DNA of 64,000 bases from Mobula hypostoma (Eukaryota), in contig NC_086097.1 in assembly GCF_963921235.1 (NCBI RefSeq), positions 222,086,001 through 222,150,000 on the forward strand. The letters are read 5' to 3'. The notes beneath the pieces are model-generated. The model was given only the letters and a program-made list of their open reading frames with translations, was not told the DNA's origin and made no database searches. The position numbers and the translations under genes are program-made. Shown in pieces: positions 24,369-37,882 of the stretch; position 1 is the stretch's first letter; each line of letters opens with the position of its first letter.

Positions 24369-25510
24369 ATAAGATCAAGATCATAAGACTAAGGAGCAGA
24401 ATCAGTCCATTCAGCCCATCATGTCCCCTCTGCTATCTCATGTCCCTAATTTATTATCACTTTCAATCCCATTCTCCTGCTTTCGTTCCACAATCTTTGA
24501 TGCCTAATCAAGAACCTAGCAAGTTTCACTTTAAATATACTCAATTACTTGTCATTTGCGACAATGCCATACATAGATTTACCACTCCAGCCAAAGAAAT
24601 TCCTTCTAATCTCTGTTCTAAAGGGACAACCTTTTCTTCTGAGGCTATGTCTTCTGGTACAAGACTGCCCCATCCCATAACTATAGGAAACATTCTCTCA
24701 ACATCCATTCTATCTGGGCCTTTCAATATTCGATAGGTTTCAATGACACTCCCCCCACCCCCATTCTTCTAAACTCCAGCGAGTGCAGACACAGAATAAT
24801 TAAACACTCCTGATATAGTCAACCTTTCATTCTTAGGATCATTTTCATGAGCTCCTCTGGACCTTCTACAATTTATCTTCAGGATCTATTTATACTGTGC
24901 TTTCAATACTTCCCGCAGAAACACCAGCTGTTCTGCCATCATCCCTGCTAGGGTCCTCTTCAAATCAACTTTGACTGGCTCCTCTCTCATGTCTCTGTAC
25001 TCCACCATAATACTGATACTTCTGACTTTATCTCCTCCCTCTCAAAATGCAGAATGAATTCTATCATATTATGATCAATGCCTCCTAAGGGTTCCTTTAT
25101 CTTAAGCTCCCTAATCAAACCTATTCATTACACAATGCCCAGTCCAGAATTGCCCTTCCCCTAGTGGCTCAATTACAAGATTATATAAAAAGCCATCTCA
25201 TAGGCCTTCTACCTCTCTTGGGATCCAGCATCAATCTAATTTCCCCAATCTACCTGCATATTGAAATCCCCATGACTATTGCAACATTTCCCTTTTTACA
25301 CACGTTTTCTATCTCCTGTTGGAGTTTGTATCCCACATCCTGGCTACTACTTGAAGGCCTGTATATAACTCCCATTGGGGACATTTTACCCTTGCAGTTT
25401 CTTAACTCTCCCCAAAGGATTCTACAATTTCTGATCCTACGCCACCCCTTTCTAAGGATTTGATTTCATGTTTTACCAGCAGAGCCCATCCCATCCCCTT
25501 TGCCTACTGG
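24369..25510 (-). mobile_element. CR1 LINE, internally deleted (3' end joined to the EN domain)
   Basis: Tail at 24369; 'KGPDRMDVERMFPIV'; EN motifs ('MGDFNMQVDW', 'KEPLGGIDHNMIEF') at 24900-25500. Confidence 0.8.
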
Positions 25511-25511
25511 C

Positions 25512-25905
25512 CAAGACATGTCCTGTGTGGTGGGGGTCCTTAATGATGGACAGTGTCTTTCTGAGGCACCACTTCTTGGATGTCTTGGATACTATGGAGG
25601 CTAGTACCTATGATGGAACTGACTGATTTTACAACTCTCTGCAGCTTACTTCAATGCTTTACAGTAGCTCATATGATGCAGCCAGTCATTATGCTCTCTA
25701 CGATACACCTGTAGAACTTTTGGGAGACAAACCAAATCTCCTCAAGCTCCTAATGAAATATAACTGCTGTCTTGCCTTCTTTATAGCTGCATCGATACTT
25801 TGAGTTCCCTCATCCTACCTTTTCTGAAGTCCACAAACAGTTCTTTGATCTTACTGACATTGAGTGCAAGGATGTTGCTGCGACACCGCTCAACTTGCTG
25901 GTACA
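25512..25905 (-). mobile_element. Rex1 fragment
   Basis: Antisense 'NILALNVSKIKELFVDFRK' and 'KKARQQLYFIRSLRRFGLS'. Confidence 0.75.
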
Positions 25906-26260
25906 TTCTGTTCTGGGCCCTTTATCTGAGAAAAGATGTCACTGGAGAGGATCCAGAGGAGGTTCATGAGAATGATCCTGGGAATGAAAGGGTTAACGTA
26001 TGACAAGTGTTTGATGGCTTTGGGCCTGTGCTCACTGGTGTTCAGAAGAATCAGGGGAGATCACATTGAAACCTATCGAATATTGAAAGGTCTGGACAGA
26101 GTGGATGGAGGGAGGATGCTTCTTATATTGGGTGAGTTTAGGACCATAGGGCACAGCCTCAGAATGGAGCGACATCAATTTAGAACAGAGATGAGGAGTT
26201 ATTTCTTTAGCCAGACATGACTAAATCAATGGCCTAATGCCTGATAGTCCTACGGTCTTA
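25906..26260 (+). mobile_element. CR1 3' fragment
   Basis: ORF 25936-26220 'LERIQRRFMRMILGMKGLTY...RIRGDHIETY'. Confidence 0.85.
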
Positions 26261-26746
26261 AAATCTGTGGCACTCATCAAGATATGACTGCAGGAAACTT
26301 GAGATAAGCAGCTAATACAGCATGTCAGTCTTTACAGGAAATGACTGAGTAGCTTTTGTGCATAAATCAGCATGGTCAAGGCCTCTTTGGATACATCTGA
26401 CCTCTTGGATCACCTCTCAATCTACAAAGGCCAGCAGCTGGATGCATTTTGTATCTGACCTCTCAGACGTACACTGGCTATAGCTGGTGCACTCACTTAA
26501 AACACCATCTTTGTTGGAAAGCTATGCTTAGCTAAAGTCTCTTTTTTTCCTTTGTTCACAATATATTTATGTTTCAATTAATTAATAATAGTTTAAGATG
26601 ATATTAATTAAATGTATTTTTCTCATTTTAAATTACTTAAATCAATGTTAGCTGCTTCAAAATATTTCTGATTATTAGTGTAAAAGAATATTGAGAGCAT
26701 GAGCTGCCAAGGCTCTTAGGGTATGGCTGGGAGTGGGTTTGCACTA

Positions 26747-28255
26747 TGTGATGTGTTTGATATTGAGGGAGAGTGCAGAGAGCCATCAGCACACCAGCCT
26801 TGCAGGCTCTTCAACTGAACTTTATTGACAATGCTGCTTGTACAATATGTGAACTCCTCCCATGTGGGAGCGGCATGGGATAAACAGAAAACAGAATTGC
26901 CAGAATTTTTTTTCCACCAATTCCCTTTTTTTGAAAGAACAGTCTCATTTTGTGAAATGTTTTCAAAATTAGAACTCTTTTTAAAAAAACACTAAATCTA
27001 ATGGTAGCCAGGGTAGACTGCCTGAAGAGACCAGCAAAGTGAGAGGATTATTCTGCCTCTTTAGTCACTTGCCCTAAGCTATTAGACTATGGGGTACTTC
27101 TCTGTGGTGGGACAGATAAATGACCTTATCTGCTATAGGCTCCTGAAAGTGTTGGAATGGATGGAGATACTTGAACAGGTGTGTCCACCTCAGGTAAGTG
27201 GTCTCATTGTAAGGATCAGGACACGTTATTCATTTTTCTACCTTTCATGGACTTCGAAGGTGCACGAGTCTATGCCTAGTTTGCCTGATTTCACCTAGTG
27301 ATGTTCTGATCACGAACAATCGTGAGGCATGCTGTTGCTCCTCATGCGAATTGGTCTGAAACGCAAATAGTTTCACCACTCCAGGGTGCTGAGAAAGATC
27401 TTGCTCCGGGTCTGAGATCATCCATGCCCTTCATTTTCTCATGCTATGCTGTCTCAAAATTTCTCACTTTGTCTAAATCCAGAGAGGTTGGAGAAGGGAG
27501 AGAGGAACGGGGAAGCACACCAATAGCTCAGATGGACTGTAGCCATTCACAAGAGGTGTGGAGCAATAAGCTAGCAGTGCTTTGTACAGGTCTTTTGCCT
27601 TTTGTTGAAGGCTCTTAACAGTTTGAACTGCTCTTTCTGCATCTCCATTTGCCAAGGGTTCCATGGACTACTTGTCTGGTGTTTGAACTCATAGTTGCTA
27701 GCACAGACTTTGTATTCTGAGCAGCTGAATCATGGTCTGTTGTCTGACACAAGTGTCTCTTGAGTTCCATGGTGAGTGAATACGGCTTTCAGGTGCCGTA
27801 TAACGGCTGTTGAGGATTAGAGAACAGCTTGAACACCTCAACCTTCTGTGAGCAGTAATCCACAGTGAGAAGATATTTGTCTCTTTTCAGCTCGAAAGTG
27901 GCTGAACCTGCAAGTTGCCAGGAAAGTCTTGGAGTTCAGTGGGACAGAAAGTTTCAGCATGATTTGTGTATAGTTTTCTGCATGCTTCACATTGCTTTAT
28001 ATAATCTCCCAGCTGTGTGCTCAAGCCAGGCCACCACACAGATTGCCTTGCTCTTATGCAACATTCTTCAATGCCTTGATGTCCTTGGTGAATTTGACTG
28101 ATGATTTTCATGTGCACGGAAGCAGGAAAGACGTCTGGAACTCTTTAGCAGCAAACAATCAGGAATGGTGAGTTTGTCTCTTTCAAACCAGTAAGTTCTG
28201 AGTTCATAAACTCCTTTTGGAACAGCTGGCCATTCATGCTCAGAGTATTGCATGT
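26747..28255 (-). mobile_element. Gypsy LTR retrotransposon (second family): integrase plus probable 3' LTR (about 26747-26919)
   Basis: HHCC zinc finger 'IHQGHQGIEECCIRARQSVWWPGL...CEAC', core 'VSDNR', 'ANGDAERAVQTVKSL'; purine tract at 26921-26932 and AATAAA at 26821-26826 on the minus strand. LTR limits are uncertain. Confidence 0.8.
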
Positions 28256-28422
28256 GGGATATAAATTACAGTGGGAGAGGGAAAAGGCATGTAAAAGGGG
28301 CGATGTTACGATAGTCAAAGGGGATTTTAATATGCAGGTAGATTGGGAAAATCAGGTTGGAGCTGAGATCCCAAGAGAGGGAATTTGTAGAAGGCCTATG
28401 AGACGGCCTTTTAGAGCATCGG

Positions 28423-29028
28423 TAGATTAGATTAGATTAGATTATGAGGACACTCAGTCCTCGATTATTGTCATTTAGAAATGCATGCATTAAAAAATGA
28501 TACAACGTTCCTCCAGAATGATATCACAAGAAGCACAGGACAAACCAAGACTACAACTGACAAAAACACATAATTATAACATATAGTTACAACAGTGCAA
28601 AGCAATACCGTAATTTGATAAAGAGCAGACCATGGGCACGGTAAAAAAAAAGTCTCAAAAAAAGACTCACCATCTCAGGCAGGCAATAGAAGGGAGAAAC
28701 TCTCCCTGCCATGAACCTCCAAGCACCGCAAACTTGCCAATGCAGCACCATTGGAAGCACCTGACCGCAGTGGACTCTGAGTCCGTCCGAAAACTTCGAG
28801 CCTCCGACCAGCCCTCCGTTACCGAGCACCATCCTCTGCCAAGCCTTCGACCACACAGTAGCAGCAGCAGCGAAGCAGGCATTTCAGAAGTTTCACCAGA
28901 TGTTCCTCCGTGCTCTCACGTCCATCTCCATCAAATCAGAATTGTGCAAGGCACCCTACTTGACAAATAACAGACATCACCACCAGAGTGACCGCTGTGA
29001 GCTGCGTCGCATCGCCATCTTCTCCTCC
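28423..29028 (-). mobile_element. Non-coding non-autonomous retroelement, copy 1 (AAGATGGCG head, (TAATC)n tail)
   Basis: Similar copies at 32529-33189 and 57619-58212; 3' stem-loop GAGGAC/GTCCTC at 28446-28462. Confidence 0.85.
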
Positions 29029-29950
29029 ATCAAGGAGAAGAGCAAGGAGAGTTACAGAAGCATGAGAGAGGAGTTGGTCAAAGTTGATTGGAAGGGGACA
29101 CTAGCAGTGACAATGACAGAATAGCAACGGATGGAGTTTCCGGGAGCAATTCGAAAAGTGCAGGAAGAAGACATTCCAAAGATGAAGTATTCTAAAGGTA
29201 GGATGAGGCAACTGTGGCTGACAAGGGAATTCAAAGACAGCATAAAAGCAAAAGAGAAGGCATATAATATAGCAAAAATTAGTGGAAAGTTAGATGATTG
29301 GTAAGCTTTTAAAAAACCACAGAAGGCAATTTAAAAAAAACATAAGGGGAGAAAAGATGAAATATGAAGGTAAGCTACCCAAAAATATCAAAGAGGGTAA
29401 CAAAATATTTTTTCAGATATAAAAATAGAGACACGAGTGCATACTGGACTGCTGGAAAATGATGCAGGAGAGGTAGTAATGGAGGACAAAAATGGCGGAT
29501 GAACTTAATAAGTATTTTCTATCAGTATTCCTTGTGGTAGACACTAACAGAATGCCAGAAATATGAGGGGGTCAAGGGGGAAAGGTGAGTGTCATTGCTA
29601 TTACCAAGGAGAAACTTGGGAAGCTGAAAAGTCTGAAGTTAGGTAAGTCACCTGGACCAGAAGGATTACACTCCAGCATTCTGGCAGAGGAAGGTGAAGA
29701 AATTGTGGAGGCATTAGCAATGATCTTTTAGGAATCACTAGATTCTGGAATAGTTCCGGAAGACTGGGAAATGGCAACTATCTTTAAGAATGGAGGGAGG
29801 CAAAAGAAAGGAAATTATAGGCCAGTTAGTCTGCCTTCAATTGTTGGAAAGATGTTGGAGTTTATTATTAAGAATGAGGTTTCGGGGCACATGACAAAGT
29901 AGGCCAATGTCAGCATGGATTCCTTAAGATGAATTCCTGCTTGACAAATC

Positions 29951-32376
29951 CCCTAATATTGATTGGCACCTGATTAGTTTCAATGGTTTAGATGGGGCAG
30001 AGTTTGTTAAGTGTGTCCAGGATGGATTCCTGTCACAGTATATTGACAGGCCATTTAGGGGGAATGCCATACTAGGTCTAGTACTGGGTAATGAACGGGG
30101 TCAGGTCACAGATCTCTCAGTGGGTGAGCATCTGGGGGACAGTGACCACCGCTCCCTGGCCTTTAGCATTTTCATGGAAAAGGAGAGAATCAGAGAGGAC
30201 AGGAAAATTTTTAATTGGGGAAGGGCAAATTATGAGGCTATAAGGCTAGAATTTGCGGGTGTGAGTTGGGATGATGTTTTTGCAGGGAAATGTGCTATGG
30301 ACATGTGGTCGATGTTTAGAGATTTCTTGCAGGATGTTAGGGATAAATTTGTCCCAGTGAGGAAGATAAAGGATGGTAGGGTGAAGGAACCGTGGGTGAC
30401 AAGTGAGGTGGAAAATCTAGTCAGGAGGAAGAAGGCAGCATACATGAGGTTTACAAAGCAAGGATCAGATGGGTCTATTGAGGAATATAGGGTAGCAAGA
30501 AAGGAGCTTAATAAGGGGCTGAGGAGAGCAAGAAGGGGGCATGAGAAGGCCTTGGCAATAGGGTAAAGGAAAACCCCAAGGCATTTTTCAATTATGTGAA
30601 GAACAAAAGGATGACGGGAGTGAAAGTAGGACCGATTAGAGATAAAAGTGGGAAGATGTGCCTGGAGGCTGTGGAAGTGAGCGAGGTCCTCAGTGAATAC
30701 TTCTCTTCGGTATTCACCAATGAGAGGGAACTTGATGACGGTGAGGACAATATGAGTGAGGTTGATGTTCTGGAGCATGTTGATATTAAGGGAGAGGAGG
30801 TGTTGGAGTTGTTAAAATACATTAGGACGGATAAGTCCCCAGGGCCGGACGGAATATTCCCCAGGCTGCTCCACGAGGCGAGGGAAGAAATTACTGAGAC
30901 TCTGGCTCAGATCTTTATGTCCTCGTTGTCCACGGGAATGGTACCAGAGGATTGGAGGGAGGCAAATGTTGTCCTATTGTTCAAAAAAGGTAGTGGGGAT
31001 AGTCTGGGTAATTATAGACCAGTGAGCCTTACGTCTGTGGTGGGAAAGCTGTTGGAAAAGATTCTTAGAGATAGGATCTCTGGGCATTTAGAGAATCATG
31101 GTCTGATCAGGGACAGTCAGCATGGCTTTGTGAAGGGCAGATCGTGTCTAACAAGCCTGATAGAGTTCCTTGAGGAGGTGATCAGGCATATAGATGATGG
31201 TAGTGCAGTGGATGTGATCTATATAGATTTTAGTAAGGCATTTGACAAGGTTCCACACGATAGGCTAATTCAGAAAGTCAGAAGGCATAGATCCAGGGAA
31301 GCTTGGCCAGGTGGATTCAGAATTGGCTTGCCTGCAGAAAGCAGAGGGTCATGGTGGAGGGAGTACGTTCAGAATGGAGGGTTGTGACTAGTAGTGTCCC
31401 AGAAGGATCGGTTCTGGGGCCTCTACTTCTCGTGATTTTTTATTAATAACCTGGATGTGGGGTAGAAGGGTGGGTTGGCAAGTTTGCAGACAACATAAAG
31501 GTTGGTGGTGTTGTGGATAGTGTAGGGGATTGTCAAAGATTGCAGAGAGACATTGGTAGGATGCAGAAGTGGGCTGAGAAGTGGCAGATGGAGTTCAACC
31601 CGGAGAAGTGTGAGGTGGTATTGTTTGGAAGGACAAACTCCAAGGCAGAGTACAAAGTAAATGGCAGGATACTTCATAGTGTGGAGGAGCAGAGGGATCT
31701 GGGGGTACCTGTCCACAGATCCCTGAAAGTTGCCTTACAGGTAGATAGGGTAGTTAAGAAAGCTTATGGGGTATTGGCTTTCATAAGCTGAGGGATAGAG
31801 TTTAGGAGTCCTGAGGTAACGATGCACTTCTCTAAAACTCTGGTTGGGCCACACTTGGAGTGCTGTGTCCAGTTCTGGTCACCTCACTATAGGAAGGATG
31901 TGGCAGCATTGGAGAGGGTACAGAGGAGATTTTCCAGGATTCTGCCTGGTTTGGAGAGTATGCATGATGATCAGAGATTAAGGGAGCTAGGGCTTTATCT
32001 TTGGAGAGAAGGAGGATGAGAGGAGACATGATAGAGATGTACAAGATAATAAGAGGAATAGATAGAGTGGATAGCCAGCGCCTCTTCCCCAGGGCACCAC
32101 TGCTCAATACAAGAGGACATGGCTTTAAGGTAAGGGGTGGGAAGTTCAAGGGGAATATTAGAGGAAGGTTTTTTACTCAGAGAGTGGTTCGTGTGTGGAA
32201 TGCACTGCCTGAGTTAGTGATGGAGACAGATACACTAGTGAAGTTTAAGAGACTACTAGACAGGTATATGGAGGAATTTAAGGTGGGGGTTTATATGGGA
32301 GGCAGGGTTTAAGTTTCGGCACAACATTGTGGGCCAAAGGGCCTGTACTGTGCTGTACTATTCTACGTCTATGTCT
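29951..32376 (+). mobile_element. Younger CR1 LINE, 5'-truncated ORF2 (EN C-terminus and RT), nested in an older CR1
   Basis: ORFs 30120-30566, 30596-31387, 31513-31791, 32001-32312; AAATC duplicated at 29946-29950 and 32377-32381. Confidence 0.93.
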
Positions 32377-32528
32377 AAATCTGTTGAAATTCTTTGAGGT
32401 AATAACAGACGGGATAGAAAAAGAAGATAGCCTGGAACTGTGTCAGTAGATATTGTTTACTTGAATTTTTAAGACCTTTGACAAGGTGCCGCACAGGAGG
32501 CACTTAACAAGATAAAAACCCATGGTAT

Positions 32529-33189
32529 TAGATTTTGAGAACACTAAGTCCTTGTTTATTGTCATTTAGAAATGCATACATGCATTAAGAAATGATACAA
32601 TTTTCCTCCAGAGTGATATCATAGAAAAACAGGACAAACCAAAGACTAACACTGACAGAACCATATAATTATAACATATAGTTACAGCAGTGCAAAGCAA
32701 TACCATAATTTGATAAAGAACAGACCATGGGCACGGTAAAAGAAGTCTCAAAGTCCCGAGTCAATCGACTCCTGAGTCCCCAATAGCAGGCAACAAAGGG
32801 AGAAACTCCCTGCCATAAACCTCCAGGCACCGTCAACTGCCAATGAATTGGAAGCACCCGACCGCAGCCGACACTGAGTCCGTCCATCCGAAAACTTCGA
32901 GCCTCCGACCAGCCCCTCCGATACAGCCTCCCGAGCGCCTTCGACCTCGCCCGGCTGCCGAAACAAGCAAAGCCAAGGATTTGGGGCCTTCTCCTCCGGA
33001 GATTCCGGACCACACGGTAACAGCAGCAGCAAAGCGGGCATTTCAGAAGTTTCTCCAGATGTTCCTCCGTACTCTCACGTCTGTCTCCATCAAATCAGAA
33101 TTGTGCACAGTCCCCTACTTGACAAATAACAGACATCACCACCGAAGTGGCCGTGAGCGCTGCGTCGCGCCACCATCTTCTCCTCCTCC
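32529..33189 (-). mobile_element. Non-coding non-autonomous retroelement, copy 2
   Basis: Same family as 28423-29028; interrupts the host CR1 at CATGGTATTA|CAGGAAAG. Confidence 0.85.
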
Positions 33190-34297
33190 TAAAGAGGAAA
33201 TTACAGGAAAGTAACGAGCATGGATAGAAGATCAGCTGGCCAGCAGGAGAGGCAAAGTGTTGGAATAAAGGGGGCTTTTTCTAGCTGGCTGCCGATGACT
33301 AGTGGTTTGCCACAGGTGTTGGTGTTGGGACTGCTTATTTTCATGTTATATGTCAATGATTTGGATGAAGGAATTGATTTCTTTGTGGCCAAGTTTGCGG
33401 ATGATACAAATATAAGTGGGGAACGGCAGGTAGTTTTCAGGAAGCAGGAAGTCTACAGAATGACATGGGAGTATGGGAAGAAGTGGCTAATGGAATATAG
33501 TGTAGGGAAGTGCATGGTCATGCATTTTAGTAGTAGGAATAAAGATGTGGACTATTTTCTAAATGGGGAAAAATTTAAAACTCAGACTTGGGAGTTCTAG
33601 TACAGGATTCCCTAATGGTTAACTTGCAGGTTGAGTCGGTAGTGAGGATGTCAAATGCGATGTTCGCATTCATTTTGAAAGGACTAGAATACCAAAACGA
33701 GGATGTAATCTGAGGCTTTATAAGGCATTAGTCAGAACGCACTTGGAGTATTGTGACTAAATTTTGGGCTCCTTTATGTGCTGGCATTGGAGAAGATCTA
33801 AAGGAGCTTCATGAGAATAATTCCTGGAATAAAAGGGTTCACATCTGAGGTTTGGGGCACGCACTCACTGGAGTTTAGAAGAATGAGTGAGGAAACCTAC
33901 CGAATATGGATAGAATTGATGTGGAGAGGACGTTTCCTCGAGTGGGGGATTCAAGGACCAGAGGGCACAGTAGGAGAATAGAGGGACACCCATTTAACAC
34001 AGAGACGAAGAAAAATTCTTCAGCCAGAGGGTGGTAAATCTATGGAATTCATTGCCACTGATTGCTGTGCAGGCCAAATCATTGGCTATATCTAAGGTGG
34101 ATATTGATAGGTTTTTGATTAAACAGGACATCAAAGGTTATGGGGAGAAGTCAGGAGAATGGGCTTGAGAGGAATAATAAATCAGCTCTGATGGAACGGC
34201 GGAGCAGACTCAATGGTCTGAATGGTTTAATTCTGCTCCTTATGGCCTTATCAATGCAGTTCCAGGATACTCCATTTTCAAAACTGTCAGAGAGGTT

Positions 34298-34425
34298 GAA
34301 CACAAAACACTCTGCAGATGCTGGAAATCCAGAGTAACACATTCAATATGCTGGAGGAACTCAGCAGGTCAGACAGTATCTATGGAAAGGAATAAACAGT
34401 CAACATTTCATGTTGAGAACCCTGA
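34298..34425 (-). mobile_element. Penelope pseudo-LTR fragment
   Basis: TCTGCAGATGCTGGAAATCC...CAGCAGGTCAG...CAGTCAACATTTC motif. Confidence 0.75.
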
Positions 34426-34518
34426 TAAAAAGAGATTTAATATTGATGAATGCATTTGATAATCAAATATTCAAAGTAATACTTTAAAATCATTTTAACA
34501 ACAAAAATTATAACACTA

Positions 34519-35283
34519 TGTAATGCCCTGGTTAAGATTTTACTACTAATGTTGTAGGAAATTTCACTTAATGCTTTTCTGTAGAAGCAAGGTGTTCTGC
34601 TGGTAGTGCTTGGGTTACCGTTAACAATAAGGGGCTGCGATGCTCATGCTTTGGAATGTAGTGTCATCCAATCAGGATGGTGGAAGTGGGAGAAGGTTCT
34701 AGAGAACACTGAGCAGAGAGGTTTTTATGATGGACACTGGAGTAGGTCAAAGTCTTTTTGGTGGGAGATGGACAGAGAAGAAGCTCGAGAGAACTGGCCA
34801 TAGGATTTGATCCAAGAAGAATGAGCTATTCAATGGTCCAAGAGGGGAACTCCTACCAGTGACTAGTGAATAGGAGCTGGCGCCATTAGTACATTGGACA
34901 CGTCAGCTTTCGGAAGATTTGAAATCCAACCTTGTGCACATTTGACTGTTTTAATTATGATTTTTTTTTTTTGTTTTTTTCCCTTTCTTCTTTCTTCTTT
35001 AATAATAGTTTGGTTAAGTTAACATTCATTAATATACTTTCTTTATAATTGTATGCAGCGTGTGATCTGTTATTTCTTGCCAACGGGAAATTGCATGGGG
35101 GCAGTAGTTACACAGTATTCACACAGATCGGGGTTCAGGTGAAAGAAACATCCCTACTTCCAGGGTTTAGTGGGAGCCAAGTCACATCGCCCCCTAGACG
35201 TACGGAGTCTGAAAAGTCCAGTGGCTATTAGTGAGGGGCTAATGAGCTGCTTCACTGGAGGCACCCAGTAAAAAAGGGTTTCA
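34519..35283. mobile_element. Probable solo LTR
   Basis: Starts TGTAATGCCCT and ends AGGGTTTCA (imperfect terminal inverted repeat); flanks ACTA/CCTA resemble a decayed 4-bp TSD; no coding capacity. Confidence 0.5.
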
Positions 35284-36276
35284 CCTAATACACTTAAAAC
35301 AATTAGTCACATTAAAGTTAACATGATTAGACCAAATAAGTCTTCCTTCTCCATTTATTTCTGTTGGTGCCTTGTAAATATGCCAATTTTAACCTTAAAA
35401 GCAGACAGCTCTGCCAAGTTTTAACTGGAAGATCAACCCCAATGTTGTAAACACCCATTTGGGCTTATTACATCCTGTGGTTTTGGTTATTAACTGCCTT
35501 TTACTCTTTCTTACCAAGCACTCACCCTGACATAATCCTCTTCCATCACTCAACTCACCAGACACTCAACCTTCAGAGGCACCAGGACTTTTAAGCAACT
35601 TCAGCAGATCTTCCCACTCCTTATGCAACGTGATGCATGATTCATAACTTTTCAGAAAACACTCTGTCCATCAGATCTGGAGCTGAATTTCCCTGAACTC
35701 AGACCCGCACAGATCATTTATATTAGATGCCTGGTGAGAGAATCTGTTATTAGTGCATCTTCGGTGCCACAGGCTGCAGTGTAAGTGGCTTACTTGATGA
35801 AGGATGCCTCATCATCTTCCTCTACTTCCTCATTTATTTTCTTCTTTTCCACAGATGATTAGGATGCATTTTCAGCTTTCTCTGGCTGTAATTCTCTCTG
35901 GTGCATGAGGTTATACTGGATGAAGTACAACAGATCTGTCCCTGAGATTCTCATTGGTTGGGGGGAAAGAGCACCTGTAAAATTAGCTCTGAAATGTAGC
36001 TCCAACATGTTTCACTCTACAACATGGCCACTTTGCTCTTGTTATAATGGACCTGTCAATGGGCATTTTACAGAGGAGCCACTTTTGAAGGCAGTATTTT
36101 TATCTCATATGAGCCACCATTATGTGTTACTCTTTAAATAGATACATCTGGAATAATAGCTGCCTGAGGAGAAAGATGCCGTGACATTTTACTGGAAATC
36201 ATGTCTGCCAACAAAAGTGTCTTCTCGTGATTGCACACTACCTGCATTTTGTCGGAAGAATACCTGCTGTCTGACA

Positions 36277-37064
36277 CAAAGTTCGAAGTTCAAAGTATAC
36301 AACCTTGAGATTTGTCTTCTTGCAGGCAGCCACAAAAGCAAAGCAACACAATAGAACTCATTGAAAGAAAAACCCTCTACAGCAAGACCACCAAACACCC
36401 AATGTTCTAAAAAAAAAATGAACGAATCGTGCAAACAGTACAAAGTCAACAAATAACACTACCGCAGAGTTCCTGAAAGTGAGTCCTCAGCCACAAAGCC
36501 AGTGGTTGCAGATCACAGCAGCGGAGACAGCTCAGCATTGAAGCATCCCAATCAAATCACGCAAATAGAAAAAAAGAAGTAAACAAAAACACAAGGGCCG
36601 TGAACTACAGAGTCCTGGAAAGTGAGTGCACAGCTGAGGAGTGCATTCAGTGCTGAGGCAAGTGGAGCCTGTCCAGAAGCCTGAAGGTTGCAATAGCCGC
36701 ACCTCAATCCTACCGCATGCAACCCTACACTCCTTCACCTTCCACCCGGCGGCAGCAGCAAGAAGAGACAGGTCAAACACAGGGAGATGGTGCTGGTCAT
36801 CTGTTTGTTTTCCTCTCTTGCCCGACACTTTAATGGAGCTGACCATAGGTTCACGTTCCAACGTTAGGAATCGGCGCAGAATCTCATGCACACTGAATCC
36901 CCAAAGAGACCATTCAGTCAGCCCAAAAGTACATTCTTAAAAGGGAAATTACAGCTGGAAATTAATTGCAGATCAGAAGAAATATATCTAGGAGAAGAAG
37001 AGTATCCAATGGCTTTGTAAGATGTCTGCAAAGATGTCGCCGTTGGTCACTGGCATCATCTTGG
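36277..37064 (-). mobile_element. Non-coding non-autonomous retroelement with (TTTGAAC)n tail
   Basis: Minus strand starts CCAAGATGATGCC (decayed CAAGATGGCGCC) and ends GCCTGCAAGAAGACAAATCTCAAGGTTGTATACTTTGAACTTCGAACTT. Confidence 0.65.
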
Positions 37065-37291
37065 CATCCCACATTGCTCTGGCGTTCACATTGCTACAAA
37101 ATGCAGTTGATGGCACCCACTACCTGTGGGAATCCAGCCTGAGAGGAAAGTATAAGCGCCCAATCATTCCAACTGTTGTCTTCAACAAGAGTCCTCTCAG
37201 TCTCAGACAATAAGCTACCTGTTATTTTCTATATTCACTAATGTGTAGTAGAATCAAAGTGTTTACTCCAGCAAAGGGATTGAAGATGGTA

Positions 37292-37882
37292 ACATAGAAA
37301 CATAGAAATCTACAGCACATTTCATGCCCTTCAGCCCAGAATGTCGTGCCAACCATGTAACCTACTCTAGAAACTGCCTAGAATTTCCCTACCATATAGT
37401 TCTCTATTTTTCTAAGCTCCATGTACCTATCAAAGAGTCTCTTAAAAGACCCTATTGTATCTGCCTCTACCTTCATCGCTGGCAGTGCATTCCACACACC
37501 CACTGCTCTCCGTGTGAAAAACTTACCTCTGACATCCCCCTTGTACCTACTTCCAAGCACCTTAAAACTATGCTCCCTCACATTAGCCATTTCAGTCCTG
37601 GGAAAAGGACTCTGGCTATCCACATGGTCAATGCCTCTCATCATCTTATACACCTCCATCAGGTCACCTCTCATCCTCCGTACTCCAAGGAGAAAAGGCC
37701 AAGTTCACTCAACCTATTCTCATAAGGCATGCTCTCCAATCCAGGTAAGATCTTTGTAAATCTGCACTGCACTCTTTCTATAGTATCCATATTCTTCCTG
37801 TAGTGAGGTGACCAGAACTGAACACAGTACTCCAAGGGGAGTCAAACTAAGGTCTTATATAGCTGCAACATTACCTCACATT
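37292..37882 (-). mobile_element. CR1 3' end
   Basis: ORF 37378-37674 '[19 protein letters not shown]'; (TTTCTATG)n tail. Confidence 0.9.

Larger units (their letters stand above)
28262..34250 (+). mobile_element. Older CR1 LINE (EN to 3' tail), host to three nested insertions
   Basis: 'GDFNMQVDW' (28320), 'KSPGP', 'GNYRPVSL', 'KFADDT' (33390), tail TCTTATGG near 34240. Confidence 0.85.

Noticed and set aside
29020..29041. Apparent snap-back CTTCTCCT/AGGAGAAG at the element's 5' junction
   Set aside because: AGGAGAAG could equally come from the partly deleted host CR1, and the third copy shows no such feature.
35836..35910. Strong splice-acceptor-like tract TTTTCTTCTTTTCCACAG
   Set aside because: All three downstream frames stop within about 55 nt and no convincing donor follows; a non-coding exon cannot be excluded without RNA data.
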